Shown piece after piece: positions 42,599-52,889 of a stretch of 64,000 bases of DNA (position 1 is its first letter; each line of letters opens with the position of its first letter). The translations under genes and the position numbers were made by a program. The stretch lies in IMG/VR virus record IMGVR_UViG_3300037722_000240, positions 1 through 64,000 of that record; one strand, 5' to 3'. Source of the stretch: a virus. Lineage: Duplodnaviria; Caudoviricetes. A model generated the notes under the pieces. The model was not told the DNA's origin, searched no databases, and was given only the letters and a program-made list of their open reading frames with translations.

Positions 42599-43051
42599 TT
42601 AGAACGGGTTGTATTCAGAATAAAATCTGATACTTGTTCTCCAATACATTTTTTCTACGAGTTCGGGAAAAATTCTTACAGGCATAGCCGTTATATCGGT
42701 GGCTCTTAGCAACCCCAACTGTGTTGGAGAAACGCTAGGTGGAAACCCCTCATCATAATCATAAACAGGAATTCCTGTATTTAATTCTTCCAGTGTTTTG
42801 TACGAAAGTTCGTCCCTCTGGTCTTTATTTTTACCTATAACATCAAGTACCCACAGTCTTTCATTTAACCTATCCCTATTACCCATCTCATATTCTACTG
42901 GTCGTATTACATCACTTTCGACTGTGATTGAGGGAAGCTGTAAATCTGCTTCTGGGTACCCATCATTAATGGTTAACCAGTCCAGATGTTCAGAAAAGAT
43001 GTCTCTCAACCAGTAGTATATACTTAGGTCTATTTTTCTTTGTAGATGCAT
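42599..43051 (-). CDS. tail terminator / completion protein
   Basis: 150 aa just upstream of the tube gene; LPSITV...YEMG pattern. Confidence 0.6.
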   Translation of the reverse strand: MHLQRKIDLSIYYWLRDIFSEHLDWLTINDGYPEADLQLPSITVESDVIRPVEYEMGNRDRLNERLWVLDVIGKNKDQRDELSYKTLEELNTGIPVYDYDEGFPPSVSPTQLGLLRATDITAMPVRIFPELVEKMYWRTSIRFYSEYNPF

Positions 43052-43896
43052 TATACTAATCTCACACCTAGTAGCTGTCTTTTAGGAGTTATATAAATTT
43101 CATACTTTCTTCCTTTATCATAAAAGGCACCTAAAACTTGTTCTGGTACAAATTGTTGAGGATTTTCAAAAAATACATCAGCGGCCCTTTCTAGTTCAGC
43201 CTCTTCATCAAGTCTAACCTGTTCAAGAGCGGCGTCAAACAACTGTTGTGCCGCCTTTCTACTATTTTCTAGAAAATGAGTACCAGCAAATCTAGGATAG
43301 CGATATCTTAGATTATGGTTTCCAACCTCTAGCCACAGCCAATAGGGTGTTTTTCCTCTCCAAAAGCCCATTCTTACATTTATAGCTCTTGGATAATATG
43401 TACTTATAGCCCTATTTTGTTTTCTAATAGAAGTTTCCTGACTTTTTGCAGGAGGGGCTATACCCTCTCTAGCAGGTTGATATACAAATACTTTCCAAAA
43501 GTGTGCTCTTCTTTCTATAGGCTTTTCTGTATCTACCTTAAGAACGTGTCTAGCCGCTTGAACACCATCATTAAAATCATTCCAGTTTCCAGCTATATCC
43601 TCTGCATTGAAATAGATTTCTCCGTCATTAGTAATTTTTACCAATTCAGGGTCACTAAAATTTTCTACCAACGGTCCACTCAGTTCTGGAGTATCATATT
43701 CTTTTGTTATTGCGACAGCATTTAGTAAATTAGTTTGAATAATTTGATATATCTGTTCTCTAACCTGACCAAAAGCTATGGCTATACGACCTTTACCTCC
43801 CGCACCAAGAGCATTTGTTTCTAACCAACGAGCCCACTCTTTAGCACGAAAGCTCATTTGTCTTATCACTTCTGGATCAGAATAATCTACTGGCAT
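43051..43896 (-). CDS. neck / tail-completion-region protein
   Basis: Position; YWLWLEVG...RFAGTHFLE resembles HK97 gp10-like C-terminal patterns. Confidence 0.5.
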   Translation of the reverse strand: MPVDYSDPEVIRQMSFRAKEWARWLETNALGAGGKGRIAIAFGQVREQIYQIIQTNLLNAVAITKEYDTPELSGPLVENFSDPELVKITNDGEIYFNAEDIAGNWNDFNDGVQAARHVLKVDTEKPIERRAHFWKVFVYQPAREGIAPPAKSQETSIRKQNRAISTYYPRAINVRMGFWRGKTPYWLWLEVGNHNLRYRYPRFAGTHFLENSRKAAQQLFDAALEQVRLDEEAELERAADVFFENPQQFVPEQVLGAFYDKGRKYEIYITPKRQLLGVRLV

Positions 43897-43897
43897 A

Positions 43898-44131
43898 TTA
43901 TTTCATAATCAGGCCTTCAACATCTCCGAATAAAGTTCTCATCGTAGAACGTGTATAATCGTTCATACCATCTAAAATAATTTTTCTTACAAACTTGTAT
44001 TCGTTAGATTCAGGCTCCATACTTTCCTCTAACTCGGCTAACATCATAGCTATAAACTTATTTCTCTTTTTGGTAATATACTTTACTACATCAATAACAT
44101 CCAATCCATCAATAGTAACCTTTGCTTCCAT
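43898..44131 (-). CDS. hypothetical protein
   Basis: Coupled ORF with GGAG RBS. Confidence 0.7.
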   Translation of the reverse strand: MEAKVTIDGLDVIDVVKYITKKRNKFIAMMLAELEESMEPESNEYKFVRKIILDGMNDYTRSTMRTLFGDVEGLIMK

Positions 44132-44132
44132 C

Positions 44133-44582
44133 TTATTCTCCTTCCTTCTCCTGTAGCGTTACAAGTATTCTATTTATCTCAGGAACGCCTCTAAGGTCTA
44201 CAGCCTTCTTAACATATTCTCGATTATCTACTACGAAATATGAACTATTATTTACATATTCCATATTAGCAACGGTATGCTTAAATTGTACCAAAGCATC
44301 GCCATCAACTATATAGCCGCCCACTTCAAATACCGGAGTATCAATTTGTCTAGTTCTAATATGAGCTATAACTTCCACGCCAGATACGGTTTCCAACCAC
44401 CAATTTCCTCCACAAACAGGACAATACTGATTTGTGGAAAGATTAGTTACAGGGTTTAGAGAATCTCCAGAAAATGTACAAGGTATGCCAGATATAGTGG
44501 TGTAAATAGTAATATTTCTTCCAATGGCATCCCTTATCTGGTCTGTTATATCTGTTGTATTAGTAGGCCATGTTGCTATCAT
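44133..44582 (-). CDS. head closure (stopper)-like protein with Cys insert
   Basis: Position; C...CPVCGG insert; V.VD.REY...VDLRGV..INR pattern. Confidence 0.55.
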   Translation of the reverse strand: MIATWPTNTTDITDQIRDAIGRNITIYTTISGIPCTFSGDSLNPVTNLSTNQYCPVCGGNWWLETVSGVEVIAHIRTRQIDTPVFEVGGYIVDGDALVQFKHTVANMEYVNNSSYFVVDNREYVKKAVDLRGVPEINRILVTLQEKEGE

Positions 44583-45808
44583 TATTCCAATACTTCTCTA
44601 AAAATATTATGAAATTTCATGGAAATTTTCTTCCAAGAATATTCAGGACTTGTTATTCTATTATACGATTTATCAGCCATTCGTGCCAGTTCTTCTCCCC
44701 CACTTCTCCAGTCATTATATGCATATTCTAGAGCCTCAACAACACTATATAAATCAGGAACTCTTGCTAAGGTATGTGTTTCAGTATACATAAAAGTTTC
44801 ATCTGCTTTTATTAATATACCACTATCTTTCCATAACTCTGAACAAGCTGAATGATTAGGAACTATTTGAGGACGACGGGCCGCCCCATGTTCCCAATTT
44901 GTAAGACCCCACCCTTCTCCTAAACTAGTATTAATACCTATTGAAGTACCATTATAAACTTCATTAAGACGGCTGTCTGGAATATTAGGCATATTATGAT
45001 GAGTAGATGATATAATTAGCTTTTCATCAAAGAAATATCTATTGGCTAATTTTATAATATCATAGCCTACATCTTTAGCCCCCATGTGAAGATATAATCT
45101 AACATCGGGTTTATCCTTTTGAAACTCTGCAAAAGCTCGAATAGTTATATCTATACGTTTTCTAGGTTGATTTCTATTAGCATTTAATATAATGAAATCT
45201 GATCTAAAAGACGGTTGTTTACTTACAGGGTAGAGAGCTTCGCGAGCTATTATCTCACCAGTTTTGATAAGCCTTCCTGCTCTATCAAATACGTCTCCAA
45301 GAGGATGAAAAATCCTAGTATCTATTCCATGAGGTATTACGCTAAGCTTATCTTGTAAACCAGGTTCGGCCTGTAATACTACCCTTCTCCCGAATTCTGT
45401 GTAAACACATACACTCTCTACCGATTCATAACCAGCATACCATACGGGGTCGTGCTCCTCTGCATCTACAGGAAAATACACAACGATTGGAATATCATTA
45501 ATCTTTGCTTCCTCTAGAATTTTTAGGTACTGAGATATAACCCAAGGGTCGTTAAGAATAAATATTAAATCAGGTTTAATCTCTTTGATTAGATTAACTA
45601 CTCTACCAAATCCCCATACATCCCCGCCAAGCATTGCTGGATAAATCTTATGTTTGAAATCATTAGGGTCCCCCATATAGTTAATACCTAAATGGTGAAC
45701 CTCATATTTTCTAGGTAAATTTGAAATAATACTATGATTTACTCTGGCAAAACCAGTAGTAGCTACTGCATCACCAATCCAAAAAATCTTTTTCCTATCC
45801 TTTTTCAT
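44582..45808 (-). CDS. glycosyltransferase, GT-B fold (GT4-like)
   Basis: TGFARV, VIPHGID, NRNQPRKRID, TSLGEGWGL..WE..A (EX7E-like), IVPNHS. Confidence 0.9.
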   Translation of the reverse strand: MKKDRKKIFWIGDAVATTGFARVNHSIISNLPRKYEVHHLGINYMGDPNDFKHKIYPAMLGGDVWGFGRVVNLIKEIKPDLIFILNDPWVISQYLKILEEAKINDIPIVVYFPVDAEEHDPVWYAGYESVESVCVYTEFGRRVVLQAEPGLQDKLSVIPHGIDTRIFHPLGDVFDRAGRLIKTGEIIAREALYPVSKQPSFRSDFIILNANRNQPRKRIDITIRAFAEFQKDKPDVRLYLHMGAKDVGYDIIKLANRYFFDEKLIISSTHHNMPNIPDSRLNEVYNGTSIGINTSLGEGWGLTNWEHGAARRPQIVPNHSACSELWKDSGILIKADETFMYTETHTLARVPDLYSVVEALEYAYNDWRSGGEELARMADKSYNRITSPEYSWKKISMKFHNIFREVLE

Positions 45809-45821
45809 TAGTCTCTCCTAA

Positions 45822-46307
45822 TTAGTATTCATTTGGATTATTTATATATCCCGGTAAATGTGACTTACCTGGAGAAGCCAGTCTCTTTTGAGGAGGCTTC
45901 AATATACTAGTTAATTCCTTCCAATCTCTTACTAATGATGAATCTTTTCTCCTACCCGCCTCTATGTTGGAATATGAAATCTCAGCATCACGCCACGCTC
46001 CCAAGTTCCAAGATAGATTCTCCAACTCGCCCGTTTTTATTAAAATAGATGCCATTAATACAATAGGACGATTATCTACATCTTGAATAACAGGCGGAGT
46101 AGCATGAAGAAATTTGACATGAGGGTTTCTATAGACCTCATCATTTTCATCTAGAAGATATTTAAAATTCCACCACGATTGTAGGCCTTCCACAGATGCA
46201 ACTAAAGCTATTTCTAGCCACTCTTCTGTGTACCTAGACTCATCTCTGTCACCTACAGCAAGTCTAAGACGCGATAGTAAATAAGTAATATCTACTGTTT
46301 CTGTCAT
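45822..46307 (-). CDS. head-tail adaptor (connector)-like protein
   Basis: LRLAVGD...YT.EWL pattern; position after capsid genes. Confidence 0.6.
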   Translation of the reverse strand: MTETVDITYLLSRLRLAVGDRDESRYTEEWLEIALVASVEGLQSWWNFKYLLDENDEVYRNPHVKFLHATPPVIQDVDNRPIVLMASILIKTGELENLSWNLGAWRDAEISYSNIEAGRRKDSSLVRDWKELTSILKPPQKRLASPGKSHLPGYINNPNEY

Positions 46308-46309
46308 TA

Positions 46310-46813
46310 TTACTCTTCTTCATTTGATTGATATGATGATAACTGTATTTCAGAAAGTTTTTCTTCAATACGGCCTACGATTGCATCTGATTTTTCTAAT
46401 TCTCTAGCCCTATTTAAAAGTCTAAAAACCGGAGCCTCGTCTGTAAATTTATCCAACTTAGCCTTAAAAGCAAGGAACTTCATTTGTAGCATTTCATCTA
46501 GTTTTTCATCTGAAATACTATTTGGGGATTCCGGCAATTTAGGAAGTGGGCCTTCTACAGCAGATAGTCTACCGGCTTCAAAATGCTTTCTATTAATTTT
46601 CTTGAAAAAAGCATTTGCTTTATCAGACCAAATTTCTACCATTGTACCATCACGTTCAGATGTTTTTGCGTAGTCCCCACTAAGAATTAATTCTTGGGGT
46701 TCTTGAGAAAACTCATCTAAAACTGTAACATGAACCTTTCCTAGAATAGTTTTCTTATATCTAGCGAGAGGCTCACCGTCCTGCATCATAGAAAATAAAT
46801 CATTACCTGCCAT
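46310..46813 (-). CDS. hypothetical head-associated protein
   Basis: AAGGAG RBS; follows the capsid gene. Confidence 0.75.
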   Translation of the reverse strand: MAGNDLFSMMQDGEPLARYKKTILGKVHVTVLDEFSQEPQELILSGDYAKTSERDGTMVEIWSDKANAFFKKINRKHFEAGRLSAVEGPLPKLPESPNSISDEKLDEMLQMKFLAFKAKLDKFTDEAPVFRLLNRARELEKSDAIVGRIEEKLSEIQLSSYQSNEEE

Positions 46814-46839
46814 TTTTGTTCTCCTTATTATTTATAGTA

Positions 46840-46869
46840 GGGAGAGGGCCAAGTTAATGACCCTCTCCC
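46840..46869 (-). terminator. GC-rich hairpin downstream of the major capsid gene
   Basis: GGGAGAGGG/CCCTCTCCC 9-bp stem; weak U-tract. Confidence 0.5.
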
Positions 46870-46881
46870 AAGTTTTATAAC

Positions 46882-47793
46882 TTAGCTCAAAGCACCCAAA
46901 ACAAAGATTCCCATAGCATTATCAATAATCAAACCAAACTGTTGATAAATTTCTAGCATCCACTGAGGAGGGGTTGGGTTCATATCACTCCACTGCTTTG
47001 TTTTCACATCGCCATAGGTAATAAAGTCTCCAACATTCTCACCAATGACAAGAATCTTGTCAGTTGGAATTAGAGCATTATAGTCCTCTAAGTTGTCGAA
47101 TACTTGCTCAATTGCTCTAATAGGAACTCCATAATAGCGACCCAACATACCAGTTTGACGAATTTCGTCAATAGCTGTTTGTGAGCCCTCTACGTTTGAA
47201 CCATCACTCCAGAAAGCACCAAACTTAGTAATAGGTGTTACAGCCGCTCTAGAACCAAGAATTACCTTAGCTCCAGCGGTAGTCAAGTTAATCTGGTCAA
47301 TAGCACTCTCCAGAGCAGTAGATGTAATGGCACCGCCTACTGCTGTATAGTTATCTGGAGTATTAACCGCTGACCATACTGTGCTTAGTGCAGTAAATAC
47401 TTTTTGAACATAGAAATCATTTAGCTTCTGGGCCATTTCTCTACGAATTTCTGCTACTGTGCCAATCTCACCGCTTTCTAGTTCCCACTGGTTATAAGTA
47501 ACCTTCACGTCAGCACCGTCTAGAATGTAGTTCATACGGTCTGATACTGTGATTTCTGATGCCAAATGCACTGCACCGGGAACTAATGTACGAACCTCAA
47601 TACCCTTTCTAATTTTCTTTACCAAGCTATCGCCGGGCTTTAGACTACGAGTATTTAGAATATCACCAACAATTTGATTTGTTAGGTGATTAGGTTGTAC
47701 AAACTCTACGATGATTTCAGCAAGAGCGTCCCTCTTATTAGGGTCTCTCATATAAGAAGCAACGGCCTGTGCTAATCTCTCGTTATCTTTCAT
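46882..47793 (-). CDS. major capsid protein (HK97 fold)
   Basis: 303 aa after protease/scaffold and decoration genes; G.LGRYYGVPI and ILVIG patterns; AAGGAG RBS. Confidence 0.8.
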   Translation of the reverse strand: MKDNERLAQAVASYMRDPNKRDALAEIIVEFVQPNHLTNQIVGDILNTRSLKPGDSLVKKIRKGIEVRTLVPGAVHLASEITVSDRMNYILDGADVKVTYNQWELESGEIGTVAEIRREMAQKLNDFYVQKVFTALSTVWSAVNTPDNYTAVGGAITSTALESAIDQINLTTAGAKVILGSRAAVTPITKFGAFWSDGSNVEGSQTAIDEIRQTGMLGRYYGVPIRAIEQVFDNLEDYNALIPTDKILVIGENVGDFITYGDVKTKQWSDMNPTPPQWMLEIYQQFGLIIDNAMGIFVLGALS

Positions 47794-47819
47794 GTTAGGC
47801 TATCTCCTTTATAATAAAA

Positions 47820-48404
47820 TTATAGTGTCCTAAATGTTAGTTCACCGGTCTCAGAATTATATCTTTCGACCCTTGCTACTGTAGCTGAACCACCAGCATC
47901 GTGTGCAAGTTTTCCTGCTTCTGCGGCTGTATCGTCTGCCGCATTCAAGACTTCTAGCGGCGCACCGGGAACTTCCAGTGCGGCGTCATATACCCAAGCT
48001 CCCGAAGGAACTGTGAATACGCCTCTATCAAAGGCTAGTGCTTGGAAACCAGATGGGATTGTTACTCCATCACGATTTCCTGGGTATGTCAAATGAACTG
48101 CCGCAGTAAATGGAACATTTGCGGCTTGGTCAAATCCATGTCTCAATGCCCAATCAAAACTAGGCTGAGGTACAAACATTTTAATAGGACCATGTGCGGT
48201 AGCATTGCTAACAGGCCATGTTACGATATATTTAGCTAGTGCGGCTTCTGCGGATGTTGCAGGAACCTTAACTCCGGGCAGGTCAGTACGGCTTCCAAAG
48301 TCGTGTTCACCTGGAGTATTCTCTGTCATAAGAACCATACGGCCCTCTGGAATATCCGCTACAACAACGCAACCTACAATGTCCGTGTATTTATTGATTT
48401 GCAT
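47820..48404 (-). CDS. putative capsid decoration / cement protein
   Basis: Between scaffold and capsid; GGAGG RBS. Confidence 0.55.
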   Translation of the reverse strand: MQINKYTDIVGCVVVADIPEGRMVLMTENTPGEHDFGSRTDLPGVKVPATSAEAALAKYIVTWPVSNATAHGPIKMFVPQPSFDWALRHGFDQAANVPFTAAVHLTYPGNRDGVTIPSGFQALAFDRGVFTVPSGAWVYDAALEVPGAPLEVLNAADDTAAEAGKLAHDAGGSATVARVERYNSETGELTFRTL

Positions 48405-48426
48405 GACTCTATATCCTCCAAGTCAA

Positions 48427-49596
48427 TTACTTGTCAAAAGTCTCACGAAGAAACTCTACTGCGTCCCTCGTGCTGACTCTTCCATTACCAGGGTCGTCAG
48501 ATGAATCTATGCCCGGTAAATCAGATGTTAAATTAATTGAGGCCTCTGCGTCAGCATTTGAAACGGCTTTTCTACTAAAAGCAACAAGTTCCTGAATGAA
48601 GAAATCAAGGGATGCTTCCGTCATTTCAAGCAAAATTTCCTCTTTCTCATTCATAAAATCGTCGTCTACAGTAATTTTAGCATCGTTTAACTTCTGGCGA
48701 ATGCCATCAAGTTTTTCCTGCTTCTGCTTTGCCTCGTCTGCTTCATTCTTAAACTGTTCTAGAGTCGCATATTTAGGTTTCAACTCTTCGAGTTCAACCT
48801 TTAGGGGCTCTAGCGTTTCGATTGTAGTAGTTGCTGTTTCTAGTTGTTTCTTAAACGTATCTAGGTCAGCTTGAAGTCCATTCACAATCTTTTCATGGTC
48901 TTCGCGAGTAATTGTATCCATTGGTTCGTTTTCTCCTCTAATTAAGATTTCATTAATCTCTGCGAGAATTGTTGTTTCCATTTCTGATAAATCTTTACCA
49001 TCAGAAATTTTAGCTAAAATAGTATTAAATTTGGTATTAGCCTCTTTACTAATAGATGCTACCGCTAAAACAGGAGTTCGTCCCATATATGACGGTAAAT
49101 CTACAATTGTAGCCGCGTTCATAACAACGCCTCTTAAATTAATATGACCATCGTCTGTAGTTTCTGAGATAGAATCATCATATTTTAATTCCCAAGAAAC
49201 ATTAACAGGTTGGCCGTTATTAAATCTTTGTTTAATAAGGTCAATATCTTCTGGACGTTCGGCACTCCATAGAGCGGCGATAGCCTCGATATGGTCCTCG
49301 TTTTCTCTTAGATGGGTAATAGTTCCAATAGGCTTGCTACCAAGGTGATTCAGTTCCAAAGCCTCTGCCGCTTGTTCAGAAAGTTTGACTGGCATAAACA
49401 TACCAGTTTTTATAATGTTGGCAAATTCTTCTTTTGGAACTCTTTGTTCATTAGCATTAGGTTTATCATCTGTTAAAATAAACTTAATCCAAGTAACAAA
49501 AGGGTTCTGTGACAATGATGCCATAGATTCTCCTGCACTAGAACTATTGTTCACAATTAATTGTACACTTTTTGCTAATATATTGTCAGTTTGCAT
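48427..49596 (-). CDS. prohead protease with C-terminal scaffold
   Basis: N-terminal protease-like domain (H..KPIG, NVSWEL) plus acidic coiled-coil C-terminus. Confidence 0.7.
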   Translation of the reverse strand: MQTDNILAKSVQLIVNNSSSAGESMASLSQNPFVTWIKFILTDDKPNANEQRVPKEEFANIIKTGMFMPVKLSEQAAEALELNHLGSKPIGTITHLRENEDHIEAIAALWSAERPEDIDLIKQRFNNGQPVNVSWELKYDDSISETTDDGHINLRGVVMNAATIVDLPSYMGRTPVLAVASISKEANTKFNTILAKISDGKDLSEMETTILAEINEILIRGENEPMDTITREDHEKIVNGLQADLDTFKKQLETATTTIETLEPLKVELEELKPKYATLEQFKNEADEAKQKQEKLDGIRQKLNDAKITVDDDFMNEKEEILLEMTEASLDFFIQELVAFSRKAVSNADAEASINLTSDLPGIDSSDDPGNGRVSTRDAVEFLRETFDK

Positions 49597-49622
49597 AGTA
49601 TTTTATCCCTTTTAAGCCCATT

Positions 49623-49835
49623 TTATTGATTTTTATTGGGTCCTAATGCCGTACCAATGGCATTTAATCCCTCAAATAAATTTAGCTCATGTTGATTAAA
49701 AGACGCTTTTTCGTCTTGTTGTGGTGTTCTTCCATGCCTCTTAAAGTAAGCAATTGCACAAATGCGTTGAGCATCTTTTTCTGAATGGCCTCTGCTTATC
49801 TCAGACTTTACACATTCTTTATATTCTTTAGGCAC
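49623..49835 (-). CDS. small head-module protein (70 aa; GTG start 49835, not 50033)
   Basis: GGAGG-5nt-GTG overlapping the portal stop; MPKEYKECVK...AQRICAI. Confidence 0.65.
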   Translation of the reverse strand: MPKEYKECVKSEISRGHSEKDAQRICAIAYFKRHGRTPQQDEKASFNQHELNLFEGLNAIGTALGPNKNQ

Positions 49836-51345
49836 TGCTACCTCCAGCGGAATTCTCTGGTGCATTACCACCGGAAGGTCTACCGGGCTCATTAGAATGA
49901 GGAACTGGCTGGAAAGGCTGTAGACTTCTGGCCTTAAACTTTTCATCCTCATGTTCTCTCTTGTCCAGTTGTTCATCCAAGATATAGCCATATGCCTTAG
50001 AGTAATCTTCTCTTGACAAGTTACCCGTCTCATACAAGCCCTTTATACCTTCAAAGAACAACTGCATACTCATTAGATTAATAGGCTTAAACTCTATTAC
50101 TGGTACATTGTTTATAGACTCATTATTTTTCGCTAGTTCAAAATAAACTGTATTAATAATAGGCAATAATGCTCTTCTTAATCTATCCATTGTATGAACC
50201 GGAGAAAGAGTAGCAATTTGGGGGTCTGATGCAAATGAACGCTCCGTCTCTCCAGTAATCAAGATTCTAGGAAACCCTAAAGCAACTAAAATATCTTGAT
50301 TCACGGTTTCATATTTATTATTATCAAGCAGTGCTTTTACATCGGGAAATATCCACTGCAAATCAACCGTATGATTAGTAACAAGCAAGAATACTCTTTC
50401 AATATCATCCTGTGCTAAATTATCTCTCCACTTGAATTTACTTTCAATTTTGTCAACTTCGTCCGATTGGTCCTCGGTTAAAGGAAACTCATCGCTTCCT
50501 AGCTTACCATGTAAAATAGCACTAATAACTCTTGCGGCAATAGAATAATCCATTCGTCTTAGATTTCTCTTATGCTTTAATGCTTCTAGTGCTGAATAAA
50601 GATAAGGGATTGGGTACTGAGAATCTGCTAGAGACGTTGATTTTATTATGAGAGGGTTTTCTAGACGAATTTTGGTTTCCCCTTCTAAAATCTGTTCTAC
50701 AAATTTTGGATATAAAGTAGCAATTTTTCTATATAATTCTTTATCTTCTCCACCATCATCATAATGCCCCTTATTCCTAATAAAACTTAAAACATCTTCT
50801 GGCATTATTACGAAGTATGATTCTTCGTTACCTATGGGTGGACGTTTTATTTCTATATCTTTAGAATCTCTAAGCCACATTTCTGTAGGATATAGTAAAC
50901 TAGATAGCCTAGAAATTCTCTTTTTTCTTAGAAATTCTTGATTTACTCTGGTTAGTTTTATTTCTGGAACCAACAGTCCAGTTAATAGATACTCAAAAGC
51001 CGCTTTTCTTATAAAGTCATACAGGTCATTAGATATAGCATTGAATACATCCTGTTCTTGTTGACTTAATCTAGTAGCGCCCTCTGTATTGATTACCAAA
51101 TCAGTAATTGCTAGGTCTACCATCTTACCAATAACTGTTGAAGCTAAAGGGTCATGTCTAAAAAAGAATCTACAATCTCTTATTATATTCCTGTAGTCTC
51201 TATGTTCTTTTGATGTAAGAAGGTCTACTATTCCTATCCAGGGATTTGGTTCCATAGTACTAGTGTTTCCCGGATAGAAAGAAAACCCTGCTGTAGCCAG
51301 TGATAATTTCTTATTATTTTCTGCCATTATATTCCTCTTACCCAC
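49828..51345 (-). CDS. portal protein
   Basis: 505 aa directly after terL; DPLASTVI.K and I..ALG.P.IL..G patterns. Confidence 0.8.
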   Translation of the reverse strand: MGKRNIMAENNKKLSLATAGFSFYPGNTSTMEPNPWIGIVDLLTSKEHRDYRNIIRDCRFFFRHDPLASTVIGKMVDLAITDLVINTEGATRLSQQEQDVFNAISNDLYDFIRKAAFEYLLTGLLVPEIKLTRVNQEFLRKKRISRLSSLLYPTEMWLRDSKDIEIKRPPIGNEESYFVIMPEDVLSFIRNKGHYDDGGEDKELYRKIATLYPKFVEQILEGETKIRLENPLIIKSTSLADSQYPIPYLYSALEALKHKRNLRRMDYSIAARVISAILHGKLGSDEFPLTEDQSDEVDKIESKFKWRDNLAQDDIERVFLLVTNHTVDLQWIFPDVKALLDNNKYETVNQDILVALGFPRILITGETERSFASDPQIATLSPVHTMDRLRRALLPIINTVYFELAKNNESINNVPVIEFKPINLMSMQLFFEGIKGLYETGNLSREDYSKAYGYILDEQLDKREHEDEKFKARSLQPFQPVPHSNEPGRPSGGNAPENSAGGSSA

Positions 51346-52889
51346 CTAAAGGCGCTCATTAGTACAGGCTTCTTTTTACCAAAAAGTTGGTCCGTTGTTT
51401 TTACATAGTAAGCTATAATTCCAGCTAACAATGCTGAAACATTGTGGTCGTCGCCTCTCTTACCGCCGCCCGGTGTAAGGGTCTTGAATGAAATTTCTCC
51501 ATTTTGATTCTTAGTATAAGTCATTCTTTCCATTTCTGTAACCAGTTCTGTATCTGTAGAAGAATATACAATCCTATGAGCATTGGTATATTCTTGTAAA
51601 AGAGTAACACTGTATGGCTTCAATTTTACTTTGATTTCCTCACCATCATCAGATTCTCCTAATGTTAACCAAGAACCAAACTCTACAGGATACAATCGTT
51701 TCTTATAATTCTTGTGTATATAATTCTCATCTAGTAACATCTGCTGTGTTAAAGCTTTACCAGATGAGCCCGCATCTATTCCCCAAATTTCAGGATAACC
51801 GAATTTTGTATCTAAAAAGTCTAATAGCTTAATTTGTATAGGATACTCCACTTTTTGCAAAACAATACGAGCATGTTGTTTAATCTTACCATTCTTCTCA
51901 TATAATACCACAATTGATGTAGGGTCTGTATATCCCAAGTCAACCCCAATTATCGTTAAATCTATCTTTTCTGGCAATTGAGGAAGCAAAGCAAGTCGAT
52001 GAACCATCTCTTCATAAGTTTTAACGTCGATACCGGAGAACTTTATCTTATGAACGGGGTAGTTGTCTATTTGCATTAATCTTCTATCAAATACAGCAAA
52101 GGTTGGGGAACCATGTCTACCCAAAACAAAATGAGTGTAATCCTCGCTATCTACTCCTCCATACTGTACTAGGTTTCTTTCCTCATCCTCATCTGAATAT
52201 CTAGGATTATCATGGGCGGATGTTCTATGGTGGCTGAAATTATCATCAACTTCGTCTACATGATAAAGAACATTATTCTCTCGCAATCCCGTAGGTACTC
52301 CAGATACGAATAGTCTAAACCCAGGTTCCCATGTATTAAGGGTAGGCTGTAGTTCCATCCAAGTTCCCCAAGGATAATAACCCGCCTCATCTAGTATAAC
52401 CTCTGGCGTGTGCAAACCAATAACATTTGCCCCTGTTCCACTCTGTCCAGCAATACGGCATAATAGATGCCCGCCATTAACCAGCTTTATCGTATAATTA
52501 GAAGCGTTGATACCCTTGTACGGCTCCAAATAGTGCTTTAGCAAATCATTATTTCTAAAGTCCTTGGTCAGCCCGAAAAACACTGGTTCTAAGTGAACCT
52601 TGTTTGGAACGGTGTATACAATATAGTCACCATTATGGAGATTATTGGTCATAGACCAAATAATTCTTCCCTTTAATGCTTCTGTCTTTCCAACGGCACG
52701 GGCACAGCAGAGAGAAACGTAACTATTAAAGTCAGCAACATATTCTTTTTGATATTTAGAGTACTCCCATTTTTGCTGTTTCCAGTCCGGTATATCTAGA
52801 GTTCTATAAAATTCTCCAGATAAAACAGGGTGTCTAATAAGCTCATATAATATTAAATCTTCGTGCGTTACTTTTTCTGCAATAGCCAT
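51327..52889 (-). CDS. terL: terminase large subunit
   Basis: Walker A CARAVGKTE, Walker B VILDEAG, VSGVP, nuclease IGVDLG and DDHNVSAL. Confidence 0.88.
   Translation of the reverse strand: MAIAEKVTHEDLILYELIRHPVLSGEFYRTLDIPDWKQQKWEYSKYQKEYVADFNSYVSLCCARAVGKTEALKGRIIWSMTNNLHNGDYIVYTVPNKVHLEPVFFGLTKDFRNNDLLKHYLEPYKGINASNYTIKLVNGGHLLCRIAGQSGTGANVIGLHTPEVILDEAGYYPWGTWMELQPTLNTWEPGFRLFVSGVPTGLRENNVLYHVDEVDDNFSHHRTSAHDNPRYSDEDEERNLVQYGGVDSEDYTHFVLGRHGSPTFAVFDRRLMQIDNYPVHKIKFSGIDVKTYEEMVHRLALLPQLPEKIDLTIIGVDLGYTDPTSIVVLYEKNGKIKQHARIVLQKVEYPIQIKLLDFLDTKFGYPEIWGIDAGSSGKALTQQMLLDENYIHKNYKKRLYPVEFGSWLTLGESDDGEEIKVKLKPYSVTLLQEYTNAHRIVYSSTDTELVTEMERMTYTKNQNGEISFKTLTPGGGKRGDDHNVSALLAGIIAYYVKTTDQLFGKKKPVLMSAFRWVRGI

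Noticed and set aside
35965-43896. Contractile (myovirus) tail
   Set aside because: No sheath or baseplate wedge (gpJ/gp25-like) genes recognised; tube-chaperone-TMP order fits a siphovirus
26080-48874. + strand and alternative-frame ORFs within the structural module
   Set aside because: Shadows of long, coupled minus-strand genes
49836-50033. N-terminal extension of the 136-aa ORF
   Set aside because: Overlaps the portal C-terminus; GGAGG-GTG at 49835 gives a cleaner 70-aa gene
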